This document shows positions 57,523-64,000 of a stretch of DNA of 64,000 bases, in pieces. The stretch is taken from positions 1 through 64,000 of the forward strand of contig BTVV01000015.1 in assembly GCA_045863855.1 (NCBI GenBank). The letters run 5' to 3'. Positions within the stretch are counted from its first letter, which is position 1. Every line of letters begins with the position of its first letter. A model generated the notes under the pieces. The model was not told the DNA's origin and searched no databases. It saw nothing but the letters and a program-made list of their open reading frames with translations. The position numbers and the translations under genes are program-made. This DNA comes from Planctomycetota bacterium (lineage in GTDB: Bacteria > Planctomycetota > SZUA-567 > H5-PLA8).

Positions 57523-58575
57523 ATGCTTCTGGACGATCTGCTTAAAAGCCCCGGCGAATGGCTGGGCGGCGCCGGCCCTCAAGCCGACATTGTCATTTCC
57601 GGCCGCGTGCGCATGGCCCGCAATCTGGCTAAGTACCGCTTCATCTCGCGCATGGACACGGCCGAACGCCAAGCCGTCGTCGATCTCGTCAAAAGCTGCC
57701 TGATCGCCCGCGGCGTGGCGCCCGCCGACCGCATTTTCGAACTCCAGCAAGTCCCCAAGCTCGACTGCAAGCTTCTCGTCGAACGCCATCTGATCAGCAA
57801 GGAGCACGAAGAAGCGCCGCATCCGCGCGGCGTCGCCATCGGCGACGGCGAAGCCGTTTCGGTGATGTTCAACGAGGAAGACCACATCCGCCTGCAGGTG
57901 CTCAAGAGCGGGATGCGTTTGCAGGAGACGTTTGTCCAGGCGCAAGGCGTGGATGCGAAGCTCGACGAAGACCTCGATTTCGCGTTCTCCGCCGACTTGG
58001 GCTACCTGACCGCTTGTCCCACCAACGTCGGCACCGGGATGCGCGTCTCCGTGATGCTGCACCTGCCCGCGCTGGTGATCACGCGGCATATCGAGAAGGT
58101 CTTCCAGGCGGTCAGCAAGATCAACCTCGCGGTCCGCGGCCTGTACGGCGAAGGGACCGAGGCCAGCGGGCACTTCTACCAGATCAGCAACCAGGTCACG
58201 CTGGGCAAGACCGAGGCCGATATTGTCGCGAACGTCGAGCAGGTGATACCGACGATCGTGAATTACGAACGCAAAGCGCGCGAAGAGCTGCTGAAGAAGG
58301 ACCGCGTGCGCCTCGAAGACCGCGTCTGGCGCGCGTACGGGTTGCTCAAGCATGTGCGCGTGATGACCAGCGACGAGTCGATGATGCTGCTCAGCGCCGT
58401 GCGCATGGGCGTGCACCTCGGCATCCTGCCGGGGCTGGATATCGGCACCGTCAACGAACTCTTTCTCTTCTCGCAGCCCGCGCACTTGCAGAAGCTGGCC
58501 GGCAAGGCGCTCGAAGCCCACCAGCGCGACATCCGGCGCGCCGAATTCATCCGCGGGCGTCTCGAAAGCAACTAA
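57523..58575 (+). CDS. mcsB: Protein arginine kinase
   Basis: R.R.ARN, LVERHLIS, NEEDH.R, GYLTACPTNVGTG, RGLYGEG, QISNQ.TLG, QPAHLQ. Confidence 0.93.
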   Translation: MLLDDLLKSPGEWLGGAGPQADIVISGRVRMARNLAKYRFISRMDTAERQAVVDLVKSCLIARGVAPADRIFELQQVPKLDCKLLVERHLISKEHEEAPHPRGVAIGDGEAVSVMFNEEDHIRLQVLKSGMRLQETFVQAQGVDAKLDEDLDFAFSADLGYLTACPTNVGTGMRVSVMLHLPALVITRHIEKVFQAVSKINLAVRGLYGEGTEASGHFYQISNQVTLGKTEADIVANVEQVIPTIVNYERKAREELLKKDRVRLEDRVWRAYGLLKHVRVMTSDESMMLLSAVRMGVHLGILPGLDIGTVNELFLFSQPAHLQKLAGKALEAHQRDIRRAEFIRGRLESN

Positions 58576-58598
58576 AAGCTTTTCCTGTTGAACGAGAA

Positions 58599-60269
58599 TT
58601 ACCGGAGCGGGCCTTCCGCCGGCCACGCCAGCTCGCCTTCGCGCCACGGCCGAATAATCTGATTGTTGGTGCCGAAGTAGAATTCGTGCCCGTGCGCGCG
58701 CGGACAGTACCACACGCGCGAGACGATCCGGGCGTCGGCGCGCATCTCTTCCAGCGTCGCCAGGCGGGAATGGTCCAGCGCCGGGTACCAATGCCCCATC
58801 ATCCCGTCGATGACAACGTGCCCGTCAGGGCTGTCGAGCAGCGTCGCCAAATGCCCGCGCAAGCCCAGCGTATACCCCTTGATCGGCACACCCAGGCGCG
58901 CGCCGATCAGTTCGGCCAAGCACGCTCCGATGCGCGACGTATCGCTGCAGAAGCACCCCGCCAGCCGCACGACGGTGCGGACTTCCGACTGTGTGCTCAC
59001 GCGCGACCAACTCGCCGAATGCCGTGTCACGCAAGGGTGGAAGATCCAGAGCGCCGCCGCGGCCAGCGCGTCGCGCCAATCGGGAAAGCGTTCCGCCAGT
59101 AAGTCGGCCACGCGCTCGAAAGCATCCTCGCGCATCAAATCCAGATGCGCCTCGCCTTCGAGGTCGGCAAGCCAGAAGTCGCTCGGCGCGCCATCCCGCG
59201 TAGTGCGGTGCTCGTAGGCCGGCAGCCGGGCGAGGATGTACGCGCGCATCAGGTCGAGGTACGCCGGATCGTTCTTGGCTGGGCGTTCTGGGAGCCGCGC
59301 GCGCCCCGCGCGCCCGAATCGTTCCCGCGCGATGATGCCCAGATCGAAGCCGAACGGGTACGCGCCCGACCAGAGCGGAGTCCCCGCCTCGTCTTCGATG
59401 CGCAATTCCAGCCGGGCCGTCAGCAGAAGATCGTTCGACCATTTCGCGCGCGCCGGGAACGCAACCGGATACTCCGCGCGCCACCCGTCGCCGGCCGCAT
59501 GCCAGCGCACGGGCTCGAGGGTCTGCTCGGAGTCGCCGGGCAGCACAAGCTTCGCGCGAATGCGTCCGGCGTTTGGGGCCGTGCCTGGCCTGCGCCCGCT
59601 CAGCGCCAGCGCGCAGGGCCGATCCCAGGCCGGTTCGGGAACTTCCAGGCGCTCCAGCACGAGCGGCGCGCTATGGAGATGCAGATCGCCGAAGGCGAGG
59701 GGCGTGTCCGCGGCCCAAGCGGGCATCGCCGGCCACGTGAGCGGGTCCGGGACCACTTCCTCGTGGAAGCCTGCTTTCACCGCGAAGCCGACGGGCTGCG
59801 CAGAGGCGTTCAGCGCGCCGGGGGACAGGCGCAGGGAAGCCCACCAGCCGCCATCGGGCAACCGTTTGAACGAGCCCAGCGCGGTCGGCGGGTCGGGCAG
59901 CTTTTTGGAGGGCTTATCGCCCGGGGCTTCGCCCGGCGCGATCCATTCGGCGGTGGCGTGCACCGCGCCGGTATCGTCCACGGCGTACATCCAGCGCGTG
60001 GCGTGGTCGTGGGCCGGATCGAGAAAGAAGACCGCGTGGTCGCGCAGATACCATTCGGGGAAGGACGGGCGAGGCGAGGCCGGCCCATGGGCCAGAACCG
60101 CGAGTTCCATGCCGTCCGCGCCGCAACGCAGGCCCACCTGCGCGCGCCTGCCCGCGGCATCGGGGCCTAACGCCAGAGCCGGCGTGGAGGCCAGTCTTTC
60201 GGGAAGCAGCGGCGCATCGCCCGAGGAGGCGAATACGGCCGGCGATGCGAGATCGAGGCTCCAGCGCAT
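58599..60269 (-). CDS. Hypothetical protein with transglutaminase-like C-terminal domain
   Basis: GCFCSD...GHLAT...VIDG gives Cys-His-Asp spacing. N-terminal FLDP.HD beta-rich region. Confidence 0.6.
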   Translation of the reverse strand: MRWSLDLASPAVFASSGDAPLLPERLASTPALALGPDAAGRRAQVGLRCGADGMELAVLAHGPASPRPSFPEWYLRDHAVFFLDPAHDHATRWMYAVDDTGAVHATAEWIAPGEAPGDKPSKKLPDPPTALGSFKRLPDGGWWASLRLSPGALNASAQPVGFAVKAGFHEEVVPDPLTWPAMPAWAADTPLAFGDLHLHSAPLVLERLEVPEPAWDRPCALALSGRRPGTAPNAGRIRAKLVLPGDSEQTLEPVRWHAAGDGWRAEYPVAFPARAKWSNDLLLTARLELRIEDEAGTPLWSGAYPFGFDLGIIARERFGRAGRARLPERPAKNDPAYLDLMRAYILARLPAYEHRTTRDGAPSDFWLADLEGEAHLDLMREDAFERVADLLAERFPDWRDALAAAALWIFHPCVTRHSASWSRVSTQSEVRTVVRLAGCFCSDTSRIGACLAELIGARLGVPIKGYTLGLRGHLATLLDSPDGHVVIDGMMGHWYPALDHSRLATLEEMRADARIVSRVWYCPRAHGHEFYFGTNNQIIRPWREGELAWPAEGPLR

Positions 60270-60274
60270 GAAGG

Positions 60275-61756
60275 CTATTTTGCAGCCACCGCGCGCTCGA
60301 TGTAAAGCATCTTCGGCGGCAAGTTGCCGCCCGCTTCGAGCGTGAAGGTATGCGGGAGCTTCTCGATCGTCTCCGTCACCGTCTTCGCTTCTGCGTAGGT
60401 CACGCGCTGCGGTTGGTCGTAGCGGTCCAGCTTGCCGGGCGCGGTTGTCTCCTGGAACGCGTAGGTGACTTTCAGGACCGTCCCTTCGGGCAGTTTGTTG
60501 TCCTTCGTCGAGACGGTAATCTCGTTCTTGCCGTTGTAGAGGAACGGCTGCGCGCCGCGGTTGTGCTCGACGATCGCGTTGACCGCGAACTTTGTCAGCG
60601 CGCCGCCGAATTCGGCCTTAAACCAGACGTTGTATTTCTGACGCACCTGCGCCGAAACGTCGCCCGGCGCGGCTTCGGCCCACGTCTTGCCGCCGTCCAC
60701 CGAAACGAAGAGCTTGCCCGCGCCCTCGAAAGCGGCCTCCACCGTCGCCGATGCGTACGGGTAGCTCAACGGCAGCTTGAAAATCGCGGAACCGGCCCCG
60801 CTCGCGGCGAGTTTGCCGCCCTGCGCCTGCGCGTTGGCGAGGATCACGTCGGCCAGATCGGCCGGCTTGGCGAAATCCGGTGCGTAGGTAAAGGTTCCGT
60901 TCGAGAAATTGCGCGGACCGTAATGCATGAAGATCGGCCCCAGGACGGCATCGTAGCGGAAGTCCTTCGTACCGCAGGTATGCACACCCTTGGTGCCGTT
61001 TGCGACCATCTGGCCCTCTTTGCCCTGCCACTCCAGGCGCAACGCAGCGCCGGACGGAAGGCTCAAGAGCGGCGCGTAACCTTGGTCGCGGCCCGTCACC
61101 GAAGCCCAGCCATCCGTATGCTTCGAGACACCGTTCGCCTTGGAGTTCTTGCAGCCCTGCACGATCCCGTCAGCCGTGTCGCCGCAGCAGAGGAACCCGT
61201 GCGGCGGCACGCGGCCTTCTTCCTTGGCCGCGAGTACGATGCTCGGATCGGCCACGATGTCGTCCTGCCCCGCGATCGTGGACTTGTCCTTCATCCAGAA
61301 GTAGCTCTTCAGAAAGACGTCGAAGTAGTGCCACTTGCCATCGTACTGCACTTCCACGGTGGTATGTCCGGGGCTGCTCCAGCCGCGGTAGCGGACCGGC
61401 CAGCCGGCGGTTTCGAAGACAGCCTTCATGACCGTATGCTGCCCGCCGCAGAGGCCCCAGCCGTACACGTTAATTACCTTCAGCGGCCCGGTGGATTGCG
61501 GCGCCGCTTCCTTGGGATACGCATTATGGAAGAGCACCAGATGCAGGTAGTCGTACAGGGCGATCGCTTTCTCGTCGTTCGTCTTCGCACCGGCAAGCCG
61601 AATTACGTCGGCGACCAGCGTCTCCAGCGAACTGGCGTCCACGGTCCGGTCGGTCGTGACCTTGTAGGCCTCGACCGCGGCTTGCGTGGAAGTAGTCCAC
61701 GCCAGCGCCGCCATCAGACCGATGGCCGCCACGTACTTAAAGGATGAAGAGTGCAT
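60275..61756 (-). CDS. Secreted transglutaminase-like protein
   Basis: Signal peptide, GWGLCGG, GHTTVEV.YDGKWHYFD. AGGAG upstream of ATG61756. Confidence 0.78.
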   Translation of the reverse strand: MHSSSFKYVAAIGLMAALAWTTSTQAAVEAYKVTTDRTVDASSLETLVADVIRLAGAKTNDEKAIALYDYLHLVLFHNAYPKEAAPQSTGPLKVINVYGWGLCGGQHTVMKAVFETAGWPVRYRGWSSPGHTTVEVQYDGKWHYFDVFLKSYFWMKDKSTIAGQDDIVADPSIVLAAKEEGRVPPHGFLCCGDTADGIVQGCKNSKANGVSKHTDGWASVTGRDQGYAPLLSLPSGAALRLEWQGKEGQMVANGTKGVHTCGTKDFRYDAVLGPIFMHYGPRNFSNGTFTYAPDFAKPADLADVILANAQAQGGKLAASGAGSAIFKLPLSYPYASATVEAAFEGAGKLFVSVDGGKTWAEAAPGDVSAQVRQKYNVWFKAEFGGALTKFAVNAIVEHNRGAQPFLYNGKNEITVSTKDNKLPEGTVLKVTYAFQETTAPGKLDRYDQPQRVTYAEAKTVTETIEKLPHTFTLEAGGNLPPKMLYIERAVAAK

Positions 61757-61788
61757 TGGGAGGCTCCTGGAGACCGCATGTCCTAGTG

Positions 61789-61812
61789 ATATATACAACC
61801 GGTTGTCTATAT
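61789..61812. promoter_or_regulatory. 24-bp palindromic operator candidate
   Basis: ATATATACAACCGGTTGTCTATAT, 11 of 12 pairs match, in an AT-rich divergent intergenic region. Confidence 0.6.
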
Positions 61813-61854
61813 TTATGGGCCAAATTTATGAATTTATAACTTATTGTCTTATTT

Positions 61855-62823
61855 GTGTTTATAAAGCACGACGGTGTGTGGGTGGATGAGCCGAGGCCCT
61901 TTGGGTGCTCGATTCTTGACTTTGCCGCCCCAGACGCAAAGCTCGCATCAGGCATGGAACGTCTCGTGAACACAACCGCCTCCGAACCCCTGGATTTTGC
62001 CGCCAAGGTCCGCTGGCGGATCGAGCACGACCGTAATCCGTTATTGGTCACCCTCCAAGACAAATACGCCGCGCGCGCTTACGTGGAAGCGCGTGGAGTG
62101 GCGACGGCACGTCTGCTTTGGCATTCCCATCGGCCCGGCGGGATACCGTTTCGTCGCTTGGGCGATCGGTTCATCGTCAAGGCGGCTCACGGATGCGGCT
62201 GGAACCTGATCGGCTGGGACGGCGGGCTTTACCGCTTCGGCAACGGCGAAGGGCTGCTGCATCCCGATGGGTCGCTCAACCTCGCCGCGCCCTCGCTGTA
62301 CCGTCTCGACCGCGAAATGTGGCAGCGCCAATGCGATTACTGGCTGAGCATCCGGCACAACAAGGGCGAGTGGGCGTATCAGCACATTCCACCGCGCATC
62401 GTGATCGAGGAGTGGCTGCGCGCGCGCGACGGCTGCGACCTGAAAGATTACCGCTGCTACGTCTTCGACGGCCGAGTCGCGGCGATCAATATCGGTTCGC
62501 CCCGTTTGCGTGAGCGGGGCGAGAACATCTTTTTCGATCCGGAATGGAACCCCATCGAACTGACGCGCTACGAAGAAACGCTGCCCGATCCGCTGCCCCC
62601 GCGCCCTACCGATCTGGCGGGCCTGCTGCGCGCCGCCGAGGCGCTCGGGCGCGGCATCGATTTCGTGCGCGTCGATCTGTACGAGACCGACTGCGGCATC
62701 GTGGCCGGCGAATTGACCGTGTACCCGCAGGCGGGGCTGCCCAACACGCCGACGGCCTGCCCCAAGTTTAACGCCTGGCTGGGCGCGCAGTGGAAGCTGC
62801 CGGAATCGCCGCCCACGCTCTAA
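61855..62823 (+). CDS. TupA-like ATP-grasp protein
   Basis: DKYAAR.YV, FIVKA.HGCG, EWAY..IPPRI..E, DYRCYVF.G, FVRVDLY, GELT.YP. Confidence 0.88.
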   Translation: MFIKHDGVWVDEPRPFGCSILDFAAPDAKLASGMERLVNTTASEPLDFAAKVRWRIEHDRNPLLVTLQDKYAARAYVEARGVATARLLWHSHRPGGIPFRRLGDRFIVKAAHGCGWNLIGWDGGLYRFGNGEGLLHPDGSLNLAAPSLYRLDREMWQRQCDYWLSIRHNKGEWAYQHIPPRIVIEEWLRARDGCDLKDYRCYVFDGRVAAINIGSPRLRERGENIFFDPEWNPIELTRYEETLPDPLPPRPTDLAGLLRAAEALGRGIDFVRVDLYETDCGIVAGELTVYPQAGLPNTPTACPKFNAWLGAQWKLPESPPTL

Positions 62824-63944
62824 TCTTCCTCTTCTTCCACCGCCGGGCTTTTGGCTTCGGTCTTGGCGGCGGGGTTCTTGGGCGCGTCATCGCCTTCAGG
62901 CGCGGCGGACTTGGCGGCTGGTGCGGCCGGCGGATCGGGACGTTTGGGCGGCGGCGCGTTGGGATCCGTCACGCTCCAGCGCAGCCACTCCGTCGCCCGC
63001 TTCCCGTCGGACCCCGCGCAGCTTGCGCCGAAGATGAAGGTCCCTGCTCGCGAAGGCTTCCCCTTAATGGTTCCGTCCGCCGCGAGGCTCAGGCCCGGCG
63101 GAAGCGCGCCCGCCGGCCCGAATGCGTGTGGCGGTTTGCCGCCGGTAGAACCCAGTTTGAATTCGAAAGGCTCGTTCAGTTTCAGCGCTCCAGGAAGGCT
63201 TGAAAGGGTCACCACCGGCGCATCGGGATCGTAGGACTCGCAAGGTGGAATGTCCTTGGCGTCTAACCACCCGAAGTCTTTGGGCGGTGTGCTGCGGTAA
63301 TACAAAAGCAGCCGTGGGCGTGCGGAGGCATCGTTGTACTGCTTGCTGCGAAAGCGCAATTCCGCCAGACAGGCCTTCTCGAGCATCAACGCCACGCCGT
63401 GGTTCTGCGCAGGATTCGCCTGCCACATGCGCGCCGCGGCCGAGAGATCGAGGTCGATGGCCCGCTTGATCTCGCCGCCGAACGGACCGTGCATTCGTGT
63501 CGCGGCAAGGCCCTGGGGGCTCCAGTCGCCGCCGGGGCGCTTCCAGTTCGACGCGCCCGTTGCCTGGTCCCACGAGGCGTTCGCTTCGTTCCACGCGCTG
63601 GTGAGCGGGTAGGCGCGCAGGAGCCCCACCTTGGTTTCGGACCAGTGCGAGTTCCAGCAGGTCAGGCGCAGGATCGCCGCTCGAAATCCCGGCGGCGCCT
63701 GGCGCAGATCGAACTTCACCAGCGCGCGGTAAAAGGTGTGGTCGGTGCGGCCGTAAAGCTGCAACTCGTCCTTCTCGCCGCGTCCGGCGGGCTTGCCGGT
63801 ATGCTCGGAGGAAAGAAACGTATCGTCGGTCGCTTCCAGCGCAAAAGGTTCGTCCGCGGCGTAGAGCGTTGAAGTTAGGGTGAGCAGGAGCGCTCCCGTT
63901 AACCATCCGTAACAATAGAGGGTGTATGAAGATAACCGAGTCAT
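62820..63944 (-). CDS. Secreted DNRLRE-like plus putative Ig-domain protein
   Basis: Signal peptide, DDTFL, ALVKFDL, W.E..ASW, NHG..L, RP.L. GG.PP..F..GALPPGLSL...G.I.G.P Ig motif. Confidence 0.8.
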   Translation of the reverse strand: MTRLSSYTLYCYGWLTGALLLTLTSTLYAADEPFALEATDDTFLSSEHTGKPAGRGEKDELQLYGRTDHTFYRALVKFDLRQAPPGFRAAILRLTCWNSHWSETKVGLLRAYPLTSAWNEANASWDQATGASNWKRPGGDWSPQGLAATRMHGPFGGEIKRAIDLDLSAAARMWQANPAQNHGVALMLEKACLAELRFRSKQYNDASARPRLLLYYRSTPPKDFGWLDAKDIPPCESYDPDAPVVTLSSLPGALKLNEPFEFKLGSTGGKPPHAFGPAGALPPGLSLAADGTIKGKPSRAGTFIFGASCAGSDGKRATEWLRWSVTDPNAPPPKRPDPPAAPAAKSAAPEGDDAPKNPAAKTEAKSPAVEEEED

Positions 63945-64000
63945 CGTGCTCTCCGCTGGGCTCGGAATCCCGAGCGCACCTCGAAAGATATAGACATTAT

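Noticed and set aside
1..64000. tRNA, rRNA, IS transposase, integrase or prophage genes
   Set aside because: None recognised by eye. A tRNAscan/Rfam run would be needed to exclude small RNAs.

Overview
High-GC chromosomal window from a diderm bacterium. It is probably PVC/Planctomycetota-like, inferred from lpxA, mcsB, DUF2950 and many secreted proteins. The backbone encodes sugar oxidoreductases, tkt, rlmI, a short dcw block (mraZ-orf-rsmH-ftsL-ftsI-murE), peptidases, a DGC-PP2C-RsbW-STAS-coaD operon, rimO, a heparinase-like cluster with an embedded ParE TA pair, lpxA, an adenylate cyclase, pyrE, nfu, queD and mcsB. The standout is an accessory tract at about 18.7-26.9 kb. An ImmA/IrrE-DUF4411 pair is followed by nine short co-oriented genes, several immunity-like (SuFu, ankyrin, DUF4826) and several visibly AT-richer. 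Most gaps between them hold same-orientation copies of two non-coding hairpin-forming repeats (A and B) and recurring CACCCG motifs. The tract looks like a gene-cassette array, but it has no attC sites and no integrase or transposase in the window. Other signals: a His-less hybrid pseudokinase, a catalytically dead GDPD upstream of an orphan mcsB, a duplicated DUF2950 protein, and a shared GTnTAnA motif upstream of four secreted-protein genes. All family calls come from motif recognition by eye; no searches were run.
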